Source: an uncultured virus (IMG/VR IMGVR_UViG_3300010357_000155) (Duplodnaviria > Heunggongvirae > Uroviricota > Caudoviricetes). From it: a stretch of 64,000 nt of DNA. The stretch lies in the IMG/VR virus record IMGVR_UViG_3300010357_000155; one strand, 5' to 3'. A program made the translations under genes and the position numbers. This document shows positions 47,805 to 57,194 of this stretch, piece by piece. Numbering within the stretch: position 1 is the stretch's first letter; every line of letters begins with the position of its first letter. The notes under the pieces were generated by a model. It had not been told where the DNA came from and made no database searches. It saw only the letters and a program-made list of their open reading frames with translations.

Positions 47805-48882
47805 TCAAGTTGTTTTAGAACTAGACCCTACAGGTTTAAATGTTAACAATCGAATTCCGGACGAACCTCATAATTTATCTAATCGTCCAGTTAGAAGTAT
47901 TGCTCCTAACCTAGGACCATTCTTCGGTGAAAGTTTAGTTATTAAGAACGGTGCCGCTAACTTATCACGTGGTACAGATTATCAAATTGTTGAACTACAT
48001 CAAGAAGCAACCCTTCTTTATGGTAAAGAAATTTGTTCTGTTATTCTTATCATCAATCCAAACATTCCTTCTGATGTTACTATAACTTATCAAGCGCTTG
48101 GTGGTCATTATACTTATAGTGACGTTGCTATCGCTAATATGTATCAATCTGTTATTAATGATAATCGTCCTGTAGACTGGACTAATGTCTTTAATAAACC
48201 AACAGAGTTTAATCCTGCTATTCACAGACACTTAATTGAAGATGTGTACGGCTTTGAACCAGTTGTTGATTATCTTGAAAGAATTAAAAGAGCAATCACA
48301 CTTGGTCAGACAAGCGTTGTTCTTGAAATTGTTAACTCTTTGTTATCTAAGTTTCAGTGTGGTGAACTTCCGAAATGTTTACCTAGTAATAAACTGATTC
48401 AGTATGATGCTCTTCTCTATTTCCTAAGTAGAAGAAAGATCCTGAATAATATCTGGGTTGATAAGAAAGAATGTGTTTGGTATAAGGGTAATAGTTCTAT
48501 CATTCAAGTTGATACGTCGGGTTATCCTGTCGGAACTACTTTGTACTGGGAACTGTATAAACCTGAAATGAATATTGGTACCTTTGGTGCTAAGAATGGT
48601 GCATTTAAAACCAATGGTGGTATTAAGGAAATTCAGATTTATGTTCCTTCTGATGATGGAACAGTTGAATATCCGCTCTATCTTGGTGTTAAAGAAAACC
48701 TAACAGATGTAGATTATAAAGCGGTTACGTATCTGATTGATATCAGAGAGCATACAAGTACAGATTATATCTTCCCGTATATGGTTAGTAATAATCTTGA
48801 AAATATGGATACCACAATGTATATTGCTGAGCTTGCTCAAGACGACGAACGTCGTTTGTATTACATGTTGGCAAACTACTAA
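47794..48882 (+). CDS. Virion structural protein, baseplate/fibre-anchor family
   Basis: LDPTG.N..N.I.DE.H…GPFF.ESL…RG.DY…YQALGG…W.NV.NKP..F.P..H.H. Confidence 0.7.
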   Translation: MPFNQVVLELDPTGLNVNNRIPDEPHNLSNRPVRSIAPNLGPFFGESLVIKNGAANLSRGTDYQIVELHQEATLLYGKEICSVILIINPNIPSDVTITYQALGGHYTYSDVAIANMYQSVINDNRPVDWTNVFNKPTEFNPAIHRHLIEDVYGFEPVVDYLERIKRAITLGQTSVVLEIVNSLLSKFQCGELPKCLPSNKLIQYDALLYFLSRRKILNNIWVDKKECVWYKGNSSIIQVDTSGYPVGTTLYWELYKPEMNIGTFGAKNGAFKTNGGIKEIQIYVPSDDGTVEYPLYLGVKENLTDVDYKAVTYLIDIREHTSTDYIFPYMVSNNLENMDTTMYIAELAQDDERRLYYMLANY

Positions 48883-48888
48883 TAGTAG

Positions 48889-48916
48889 ATCTCTCTCGGT
48901 TCATTCCGAGAGAGAT
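48889..48916 (+). terminator. Terminator hairpin
   Basis: ATCTCTCTCGG-ttcatt-CCGAGAGAGAT. Confidence 0.7.
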
Positions 48917-48968
48917 TTATTACCCTTTAAAAATAGTGTGACATACTACCAATTAAGGACATTTCACC

Positions 48969-49835
48969 ATGAAATTATTTTCTGATCAAGAAAACTTTGT
49001 ACCTAATTTCTCTATGGAAGAATTCAGAGGTCATTACCTGTCAGCTAAGGTTATTTCCACAGAAGCTTTATCTGATTATTTCTATAAAGTTAAAGATGTT
49101 TTCTCAACTGTTTATAACAGTCTGAGTACCGCTACGAATGATAAGGTTGTTATTGATACGACTTCATCTAAATTCGAAACGATGCATCGTGTTAAACGTG
49201 TTAAATTCATCGATATCAAAGACTACATCACCTCGAAACCTGAAAACTTCCGTGGTAAGTATGCTGACTATACTCTTGATCTTATTAATTCCTCTAAGAT
49301 CATTATGGAAAATACCGAATCAACACTGAACAATTTAAAACTGGCTATTAGTTCTTTTGTCAATGAATACTCAGAGAACAAAGTTTCTACGTTATACGGT
49401 GCTGTTTATTTCAAAGAAGCTGAAAAGCTAGTTGATGAAAATAAGAAAGATATTGCTAAATATTTTCCGGAAAGTAATTCTTCCACAAAAGCTTATATTC
49501 GTGATGTTTTAAAAACTAGCAATGATGTCGAGTCTCTTTATAAAAATATCGAAATGCTTGACTCTATTCTCAATCTTTCAAAGATTGATTATATTGCTAA
49601 GCTGACAAATGAGTGTGTTGATCTAATTGATACTCTGATTGATCAAAACACCAAGTCAGATATGTTGTCTAAGAATGATACTATTAAGAAAGAACTTGTT
49701 TCTGCTATCCATGTGTCAGCACGTGAAGTCGAGTTCCTTAATTACTTGTATGCAAATGCTGTAATTTTCTACGGCTGCTTCCAGAACCTCACCAGCGATT
49801 TAAATAAAGCTGTTGATACCGTTGAATCAAACTAA
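48969..49835 (+). CDS. Probable internal head protein
   Basis: N-terminal S-x-E sites (FSME, ISTE) of the kind cut by gp175-type proteases; helical; AATAGTGTGA motif upstream. Confidence 0.55.
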   Translation: MKLFSDQENFVPNFSMEEFRGHYLSAKVISTEALSDYFYKVKDVFSTVYNSLSTATNDKVVIDTTSSKFETMHRVKRVKFIDIKDYITSKPENFRGKYADYTLDLINSSKIIMENTESTLNNLKLAISSFVNEYSENKVSTLYGAVYFKEAEKLVDENKKDIAKYFPESNSSTKAYIRDVLKTSNDVESLYKNIEMLDSILNLSKIDYIAKLTNECVDLIDTLIDQNTKSDMLSKNDTIKKELVSAIHVSAREVEFLNYLYANAVIFYGCFQNLTSDLNKAVDTVESN

Positions 49836-49952
49836 GTGTAAAGACTCTCCAGAGGCCTTCTACAGGCCTTTGGAGGTCATTTAATCTTTACTTCAGTATA
49901 AAATATAACAAAAAAAAAAATAGAACCTAGATAATCTAGGTTCTACCTTATT

Positions 49953-50494
49953 TCAACCATGGTGAATATGTGGTTTAAGTATAACTACTTTATATTGGCA
50001 ATCTTTATAATAACTAGTAGCTCCATCCATTAATTTTTATATTGGCAATCTTTATAATAACTAGTAGCTCCATCCATTAATTCATGTTTAATAAATTCTT
50101 CAGATTGTTGCATACTGTCATCAGCAATAACCCAATATAATCCATCTATATTTGGACTACCATATGCCTTTTTAGGATCATATTTAAACACATCTCTTGT
50201 TTGAAATATTGTATTTATAAAACTTGCGGCGTCATGTATTCTATCTGTTAATTGTTCTTTTGTAATAGTGTCTTCTTCTACACCATTAGAGCCCGCTAAT
50301 ATAAGAATTTCAGGTAAACCTTTTTCATGAAACCCTATGCTGTAAACGTAACCATCAAAAATATCATTAAGATCGTTATCGTGATTAACACCTTCTTTTT
50401 TACATTCTTCACAGTCACATGTCTTTGATATAGCTATAACACTTATACCGGTTTCTTTTATTTCTTTTTTAACTTCTTCAAGACGATTACTCAC
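49953..50494 (-). pseudogene. DUF4262-like protein with C-terminus altered by a 47-bp tandem duplication
   Basis: CDCEEC, YVYSIGF…GLPEILI; as written stops at 50030; without the duplication ends …YKVVILKPHIHHG* at 49953. Confidence 0.55.
49989..50082. repeat. Perfect 2 x 47-bp tandem duplication
   Basis: TTTATATTGGCAATCTTTATAATAACTAGTAGCTCCATCCATTAATT at 49989 and 50036. Confidence 0.95.
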
Positions 50495-50507
50495 GATTAT
50501 TCCTTTA

Positions 50508-51671
50508 TTAAATTAATGAATTAATGGTTGTTAAAACTAATTCTTCAAACTGTTTCTTTGACATATGTTTTAATTGTTTATAGTTGAATTCTAGTAATTT
50601 ATATTTGAACATTCTAGCGCTATACTTTTTAACATCATCTGTATTTTTACGAGCTATGAATTCATCTTCAGTTTTATGAAAAAATGGTATATGTTTATAA
50701 TGTTGTTTACCATGAAACTCTATCAGTATTTGATAGTCTGGTAAATAAAAATCATATCGATAGTTATCAGCTACTTCTGGTAATTTATATTCATCTTTAA
50801 AATCTATATTGTGTTTATCTAATATCTCAATTAATCTTAACTCACCTTTAGACTTCTTACATCTTGGACAACCTTGTTTTTGATGTATATGTGCTGACGG
50901 AGTTTGTTCAAAAATATATCCACATATGTTGCATTTTATGTTACCTTTGTTATGTGTAGATGAATATATAAAATCCTGATAGTTATATTTACTACCATGT
51001 ATCTCTATAGCTTTAATTATAAAATCTTCTAAAGTTAATCTAGTAGTTTCTAGTGTTTTTATTAATCCACAGTCAGGACAACCGTGGCCTTTAACATGAT
51101 TAGAATAAGATTGTAAAAAATCTCCATGATCAGAACAGTTTATAACTGATTTATTGTGAGATCCTTTATAAATAAAATTATTATATCCATATCTTTCACC
51201 ATGTATTTCTTTAAATCTATTTATAACTTCCTCTTGTGTTATTTTTCTAAATTCTGAAACTCGATCATAACCACATTTAGGACAACCTTTACTATTTAAA
51301 TGGTTAGACGGTGTCTGCTCAAATTCACCATGAATAGGACATATAATTATACCTCTAGTCCAATTGTTGAAATATATGAAATTAGAGTAGTCATAAAAAA
51401 TACCATGTATTTGAATTGCTTTTTGTATGAATTCTTCTAATGTGTGTCTAGTAATTTTTAATGTTTTTATTAGACCACAACTAGGGCAACCAGTTCCCTG
51501 TATATGTGAAGACGGTGTCTGCTCAAATTCACCATGAATAGGACATATAATAGTTATCTTTGTCCAACTATTTATATAAACTACTTTAGAGTAATCATAT
51601 TTATTACCATGTATTTTATATGCTTTTTGTATGAATTCTTCCAGTGTTGCTTTTTTTACCATTATACCCAT
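50508..51671 (-). CDS. Free-standing endonuclease: four zinc-ribbon (DUF723-like) repeats plus PD-(D/E)XK domain
   Basis: 4 x HG..Y.Y…C..(HG).F.Q…H…GCP.C; SKGE…YRYDFYL…IEFHG.QH. Confidence 0.82.
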   Translation of the reverse strand: MGIMVKKATLEEFIQKAYKIHGNKYDYSKVVYINSWTKITIICPIHGEFEQTPSSHIQGTGCPSCGLIKTLKITRHTLEEFIQKAIQIHGIFYDYSNFIYFNNWTRGIIICPIHGEFEQTPSNHLNSKGCPKCGYDRVSEFRKITQEEVINRFKEIHGERYGYNNFIYKGSHNKSVINCSDHGDFLQSYSNHVKGHGCPDCGLIKTLETTRLTLEDFIIKAIEIHGSKYNYQDFIYSSTHNKGNIKCNICGYIFEQTPSAHIHQKQGCPRCKKSKGELRLIEILDKHNIDFKDEYKLPEVADNYRYDFYLPDYQILIEFHGKQHYKHIPFFHKTEDEFIARKNTDDVKKYSARMFKYKLLEFNYKQLKHMSKKQFEELVLTTINSLI

Positions 51672-51699
51672 AAGTCACCTGTATAAAATTATTCACATC

Positions 51700-51728
51700 T
51701 ATTATATATGTCATTAAATAAAGTTCAA
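51700..51728 (-). promoter_or_regulatory. Candidate early promoter
   Basis: TGAA-N12-ACATATATAATA. Confidence 0.6.
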
Positions 51729-51733
51729 AATAA

Positions 51734-51765
51734 AAGACTACCTTGGTGTTACCCAAGGTAGTCTT
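51734..51765 (-). terminator. Terminator after long fibre gene
   Basis: AAGACTACCTTGG-tgttac-CCAAGGTAGTCTT. Confidence 0.75.
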
Positions 51766-51774
51766 ATTTTTTAA

Positions 51775-54700
51775 TTAAACTCTAGACATAATGTAAAGAT
51801 GAAGATCACGAATTTGTGCCTGAAGATCTGCGATCAAGGCATCTGTTTCAGTCTTAGTGTAAGCATCATTTGAAAGATTATATTCCGCTAAAGTTGTCGG
51901 ATTCTGACCAGCAGTAGCACGACCCTTAGCATCAAAGGTTGTCTTTGTATAGGTACCAGCAGTGACACCAGAATCAGCCAGTGTAGTATTCAGAACAACA
52001 TTACCTGTGCCGTCAAAACCAACAGCAGGAGCAGTAGTGTCACCTGTTACCGAGAACTGACGTGAAGTCTGAAGAGCAGTTGCTGTAGTAGCATTGCCAC
52101 TAAGAGCAGACGTGATGATGTTAGCAGAGAAGTTACCGCTAGAATCACGACTAACCAAGGTACTAGCATTAGCATCGCTCGTTGCGTTGGAAACAATAAC
52201 GATGTTACCAGTGGTAGCACCATCACCGTTTGTCACGGTCAGACCGATACCAGAAGTGATAACACTCTTAGTAACGAGATTATTACCGGAATCACGAATG
52301 ATGATACCAGCCGTAGAAACACCAGACAACGAAGTCAGGTTAGCGTTAAGCGGTTGAGCATCGGTGATACCGTAACCAGCGATTGTGTTCGGATTCGAAC
52401 CAGCAGTGATGCGACCATAACCATCAGTAGTGACCTTGGTGTAAGAACCAGGACCAACACCTGTAGTAGCCAGATCGATGCTATCAGCATTAACAACAAT
52501 ACGAGCAGGATTAGCTGAATTGATGTCAATAGTGTTACCAGATAACGTCAGACCAGCACCAGCAATCAACGAACCTTGACCAGAGAACTGGTTAATAGTG
52601 ATGTCATCGGTACCGATAGAGAATGTGACAGGGTCAGCAACCGTCATAACCCAGCCAGTACCCTTCATGGTAAGACCGTCATAGACGTAGAAATAGCTGC
52701 CTGAAACTTCAGACGACTCATCAATAGTAGAGACACGCTTCAGGATAAATGGTGTTCCGGCGTCGCCGATTTGCTGAACAACATAATCACCGTTCTCAAG
52801 AGCAGTGCTCTGAGCGCGAACAAGAATACGATCACCAACTAACGGAGTCTTACCGTCAGCGGAAATAGCACCGTTAGCTGTACCAGTCAGTGTTGAGTTA
52901 ACACCAAATGTACCATTGTTATAGGTAGCAGCCAAGTTACCCGTTGTGGCCAGACGAACTGAAGGCTTAGTAACAAGACCTTGTGCGACGGCGTCGACGT
53001 ATTGCTTAGAAGCAGGATGCATAGCTTGCTGAGGATCAGCATGCAGCGTGATGTAACCAGTCATCGTACCGCCAGCCTTAGCCAGCTTGGTATTATCTTG
53101 AGCATCAACATACGTCTTAGTGACAGGATCACTATTCAGAGTGTTAACTGTAGACTGGATTGAAGTGATTTGGTCTTGCAGGCCAGAATCCTGAGAATTG
53201 ATATATGTCGTCAGCGTAGTAATAGCGCTATCAACATACTGCTTAGGAGCAGCTTCAAGATTAGCAGTCGGGTTACCCGGAAGAACCAGAGCACCAGTCA
53301 TGGTGTCGCCAGCCTTGGAAACCTTCAATGCATCTTGGTTATCGATATAGGTTGCTTGAGCAGCATCCTTATCATCAACGTACTTCTTGGTAGAAGCTTC
53401 CAGATCTGCCGTCGGAGCACCAGACAGAACCAGAGCACCTGTCATGGTATCACCAGCCTTAGCGACCTTCAGAGCATCACCAGCGTCGGTGTATTGCTTA
53501 GTGGCAGCTTGAAGCGAAGCAGATGGGTCAGCAGACAGAGTCAGAAGACCTGTCATCGTACCACCAGAAAGATTAACCTTAGTGTTAATCTGATCTTGAA
53601 CATTACCAGAAATACTGGCTAATTGATTAATTTCTGTAGAAGTAACAGTGATAGCATCGATCAATGTGTTCTGAGCAGAAGTCAGGTGTTTGGTATCATC
53701 AGAAGCATGTGATGTAATACCGGAATCAACATAACCCTTAGTAGCGGCATGCAGACTAGTTGTCGGGACAGCGTGCAGAGTCAAGAACCCAGTTAACGTA
53801 TCACCAGCTTTGTTTACCTTCAGTGCATCAGCGGCGTCGGTGTATTGCTTCGTAGCCGGTTGCAGTGAACCAATAGGATCAGCAGCCAGTTCGATAGCAC
53901 CAGTCATTGTACCGCCAGCTAAAGGCAGTTTAGCATCAAGCTGTGTCTGAACTAAAGAAGTTGTACCTTCGAGGTAGTTAACTTCAGTTGACGTAACTGT
54001 CAGAGCATCCAAGAAGGTGTTCTGGCCAGCAGTCATGTGCAGCGTAGCATCTGACGTATGTGTGGAGATATTAGAATCAACGTACTGCTTGGTAGCAGCG
54101 TGAAGAACACCGGTAGGATCGGCGTGAAGTGACAAGAAACCAGTCATTGTGTCGCCAGCTTTGGCAACCTTCAGAGCGTCTTGGTTATCGATATAGGTTG
54201 CTTGTGCAGCATCCAGATCGTCAGCATACTTCTTAGTGGCTGCATGCAGATCGGCGGTCGGAGCACCAGACAGGACAAGAGCACCAGTCATGGTGTCGCC
54301 AGCCTTAGCGACCTTCAATGCATCAGCAGTGTCGGTGTATTGCTTCGTAGCCGGTTGCAGTGCAGTCAGCGGATCAGCAGACAGAGTCAGAGCACCAGTC
54401 AGTGTTCCACCAGCCAAAGCAAGCTTAGAGTCAACTTGTGTTTGAACATTGGAAGAAACACCAGACAGATAGTTAACTTCCGTAGACGTAACAGTGATAC
54501 CGTCGATGAAGGTATTCTGTGCAGAGGTCAGGTGAAGTGAAGCATCAGTAGCATGTGTCGATAAACCTGAATCAACGTACTGCTTGGTAGCAGCGTGAAG
54601 ATTACTAGTCGGATCGGCAGACAGAGTCAGAAGACCAGTCATTGTGTCACCAGCCTTGGCAACCTTTGTACCGTCTTGTGTATCTACATAAGTCTTAGTA

Positions 54701-57117
54701 ACCGGATCAGTGTTCAGTGTTGAAACTGTTCCTTGAAGTGTAGTGACTTGACCTTGAATATTTGCATCAGCAGAGTCAACATAACCTTTGTTAACAGCAT
54801 CAGCAGCAACAGCCGGAACAGTGTTCAGACGAAGCGTACCAGCGCCATCAACTGTCACAGCACCAGTAACGGTACTAGAACCAGTCTTAGAGACCTTATC
54901 AGCGATATCAGCAATAACGGTATCAGAAACCTTCACACCGTTGGTGGAAGAAGTCAGCGTTGTTCCGTCAAGATTAACTTGAAGCAGACCACCAGCGATT
55001 TCCAGACCGCCTGCAGTTACCAGATTAACTTCGAGAACATCAGCATTAACGGCCAGACCGTTACCGTAATTAACATTCAGGATATTACCAGACAGTGACA
55101 GAGCATCGCCAGCAGTCAAGTTAACTGATGTATTAGTCGGTGTCCAGTTACCTTCGTCAGTGCGGGTGTACGAAACACCAAACTTAGAAGACTGCGGATC
55201 AAAGACCAGAGTTGTAGAACCAGCTTCAATGATGTCATCAGCGTACTGAATAGCACCAGGAGTAGCATTAGTAATAGTGACAATCTTGTTGTCATGAGCT
55301 GTCAGGGTAGCACCAACAACAGTTGCTGACGTCAGAGATACACCAAAGCGATCACCAACAGCAACAGCACGAGCTTGCAATTCAACCCAAGCAGCACCGT
55401 CCCAGAATACAGCATAACCAGCCTTACCAGCCCAAACACCAGTCGGAGCAGCACCAATGATATAAACATCATTAGTAACAGGAGATCCTGGAGCAGCGGT
55501 CAGATCATCAGCAACAAGGTTGATATCTGAAACTGGATCTTGCCATTTCTGACCAGCCAGCAATGAATCAACATAAGACTTATTAACAACTTCAGTGCCA
55601 GTGGCCGGAACCTTGGAAACAAAAATTGTTTTGCCAGTATCAAGAGTAACATCACCTGTAATCAAACCACCGGCTTTGTCAAACTTAGTATTAATCTGAT
55701 CTTGAACATTAGAACCAACACCAGAAAGCTGGTTAACTTCTGTAGCCGAAACGGTAACGGCATCCAAGAATGTATTCTGGGCAGCAGTCAAGTGCTTGGT
55801 ATCGTCAGCAGCATGTGTGCTGACTGTTGAATCAACATACTGCTTAGGAGCAGCTTCAAGATTAGCAGCAGGATTACCAGACAGAACCAGAGCACCAGTC
55901 ATGGTGTCACCGGCCTTAGCGACCTTCAGTGCGTCAGCAGCGTCGGTATACTGTTTCGTAGCCGGTTGCAAAGCAGCGGCAGGATCAGCAGACAGAACCA
56001 GAGCGCCAGTCAGTGTACCGCCAGCTAACGGCAGCTTAGAATCCAACTGAGTCTGAACATTTGAAGCAACACCAGACAGCTGATTAATTTCAGTAGAACT
56101 AACAGAAATTGCATCAAGCAGTGTATTCTGACCAGATGTTAAGTGCAGTGATGCATCGCCGGCATGACCAGAAACACCTGAGTCAACATACTGCTTGGTA
56201 GCAGCGTGAAGTGCAGAAGTAGGATCAGCATTCAGGGTAAGATGACCCGTCATCGTGTCGCCAGCTTTGGCAACCTTCAGAGCGTCTTGGTTATCGATAT
56301 AGGTTGCTTGTGCGGCATCCTTGTCATCCACATACTTCTTGGTAGAAGCCTGGAGATCAGCAGTCGGAGCACCAGACAGGACGAGAGCACCAGTCATGGT
56401 GTCGCCGGCCTTATCAACCTTCAGTGCATCAGCAGTGTCGGTGTATTGCTTGGTAGCCGGTTGCAGAGCAGCAGTCGGATCAGCTGAAAGAACAAGCGTA
56501 CCTGTCAGTGTACCACCAGCCAGAGGGAGCTTGGAATCAAGTTGACTCTGAACACCAGAGGTAACACCGGAAAGAAGATTAACTTCGGTATTCGAAACAG
56601 TGATACCGTCAAGGAAAGTATTCTGAGTCGAAGTCAGGTGCAGGGATGCATCTGAAGCATGTGTCGATAAACCTGAATCAACGTACTGCTTGGTAGCAGC
56701 GTGAAGATTTGATGTAGGAGCAGCATTCAGCGTCAGATAACCAGTCATCGTGTCGCCGGACTTGGCAACCTTCAGAGCATCACCAGCGTCGGTATACTGC
56801 TTAGTAGCGGCTTCAAGACTAGTTGACGGATCAGATGCAAGCGTCAGAGCGCCTGTCATTGTACCGCCGGCCAGTGCCAGCTTAGAATCTAGCTGGGTTT
56901 GAGCATTGCTTGTTAAACCAGAAAGATAATTGACTTCGGTACCTGAAACAGACAACGAGTCAAGGAAAGTATTCTGGGTTGAGGTGAGATGCAGACCGAC
57001 ATCATTAGCATGTGCAAGAATACTGTTATCAACATAATTCTTGTTCGCGGCTTCCATCGGGAGCTGCGGGTCGCGCGGGGTGATGATTGGCTGATTACCA
57101 TATACACTAAGTTTCAT
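51775..57117 (-). CDS. Long repeat-rich fibre protein (1780 aa)
   Basis: About 17-19 KAGDTMTGxLxLxxxPTxxLxAATKQYVD repeats, 7 HxxDxxxHLTxxQN repeats, a DUF2793-like insert, GDRILV…ENG.Y domain and GVTAGTYTKxTxDxxGR fibre motifs. Confidence 0.8.
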   Translation of the reverse strand: MKLSVYGNQPIITPRDPQLPMEAANKNYVDNSILAHANDVGLHLTSTQNTFLDSLSVSGTEVNYLSGLTSNAQTQLDSKLALAGGTMTGALTLASDPSTSLEAATKQYTDAGDALKVAKSGDTMTGYLTLNAAPTSNLHAATKQYVDSGLSTHASDASLHLTSTQNTFLDGITVSNTEVNLLSGVTSGVQSQLDSKLPLAGGTLTGTLVLSADPTAALQPATKQYTDTADALKVDKAGDTMTGALVLSGAPTADLQASTKKYVDDKDAAQATYIDNQDALKVAKAGDTMTGHLTLNADPTSALHAATKQYVDSGVSGHAGDASLHLTSGQNTLLDAISVSSTEINQLSGVASNVQTQLDSKLPLAGGTLTGALVLSADPAAALQPATKQYTDAADALKVAKAGDTMTGALVLSGNPAANLEAAPKQYVDSTVSTHAADDTKHLTAAQNTFLDAVTVSATEVNQLSGVGSNVQDQINTKFDKAGGLITGDVTLDTGKTIFVSKVPATGTEVVNKSYVDSLLAGQKWQDPVSDINLVADDLTAAPGSPVTNDVYIIGAAPTGVWAGKAGYAVFWDGAAWVELQARAVAVGDRFGVSLTSATVVGATLTAHDNKIVTITNATPGAIQYADDIIEAGSTTLVFDPQSSKFGVSYTRTDEGNWTPTNTSVNLTAGDALSLSGNILNVNYGNGLAVNADVLEVNLVTAGGLEIAGGLLQVNLDGTTLTSSTNGVKVSDTVIADIADKVSKTGSSTVTGAVTVDGAGTLRLNTVPAVAADAVNKGYVDSADANIQGQVTTLQGTVSTLNTDPVTKTYVDTQDGTKVAKAGDTMTGLLTLSADPTSNLHAATKQYVDSGLSTHATDASLHLTSAQNTFIDGITVTSTEVNYLSGVSSNVQTQVDSKLALAGGTLTGALTLSADPLTALQPATKQYTDTADALKVAKAGDTMTGALVLSGAPTADLHAATKKYADDLDAAQATYIDNQDALKVAKAGDTMTGFLSLHADPTGVLHAATKQYVDSNISTHTSDATLHMTAGQNTFLDALTVTSTEVNYLEGTTSLVQTQLDAKLPLAGGTMTGAIELAADPIGSLQPATKQYTDAADALKVNKAGDTLTGFLTLHAVPTTSLHAATKGYVDSGITSHASDDTKHLTSAQNTLIDAITVTSTEINQLASISGNVQDQINTKVNLSGGTMTGLLTLSADPSASLQAATKQYTDAGDALKVAKAGDTMTGALVLSGAPTADLEASTKKYVDDKDAAQATYIDNQDALKVSKAGDTMTGALVLPGNPTANLEAAPKQYVDSAITTLTTYINSQDSGLQDQITSIQSTVNTLNSDPVTKTYVDAQDNTKLAKAGGTMTGYITLHADPQQAMHPASKQYVDAVAQGLVTKPSVRLATTGNLAATYNNGTFGVNSTLTGTANGAISADGKTPLVGDRILVRAQSTALENGDYVVQQIGDAGTPFILKRVSTIDESSEVSGSYFYVYDGLTMKGTGWVMTVADPVTFSIGTDDITINQFSGQGSLIAGAGLTLSGNTIDINSANPARIVVNADSIDLATTGVGPGSYTKVTTDGYGRITAGSNPNTIAGYGITDAQPLNANLTSLSGVSTAGIIIRDSGNNLVTKSVITSGIGLTVTNGDGATTGNIVIVSNATSDANASTLVSRDSSGNFSANIITSALSGNATTATALQTSRQFSVTGDTTAPAVGFDGTGNVVLNTTLADSGVTAGTYTKTTFDAKGRATAGQNPTTLAEYNLSNDAYTKTETDALIADLQAQIRDLHLYIMSRV

Positions 57118-57194
57118 TTTAGCTCCTTAATTCACTAAAAAAAAGAAAAAACTACCTGATTCCTTCATTCTATTTAAAAAAATCAGATTGGTGG

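Noticed and set aside
52094..57107. Many alternative-frame ORFs inside the long fibre gene
   Set aside because: Antisense or shifted readings of a repetitive, GC-richer gene
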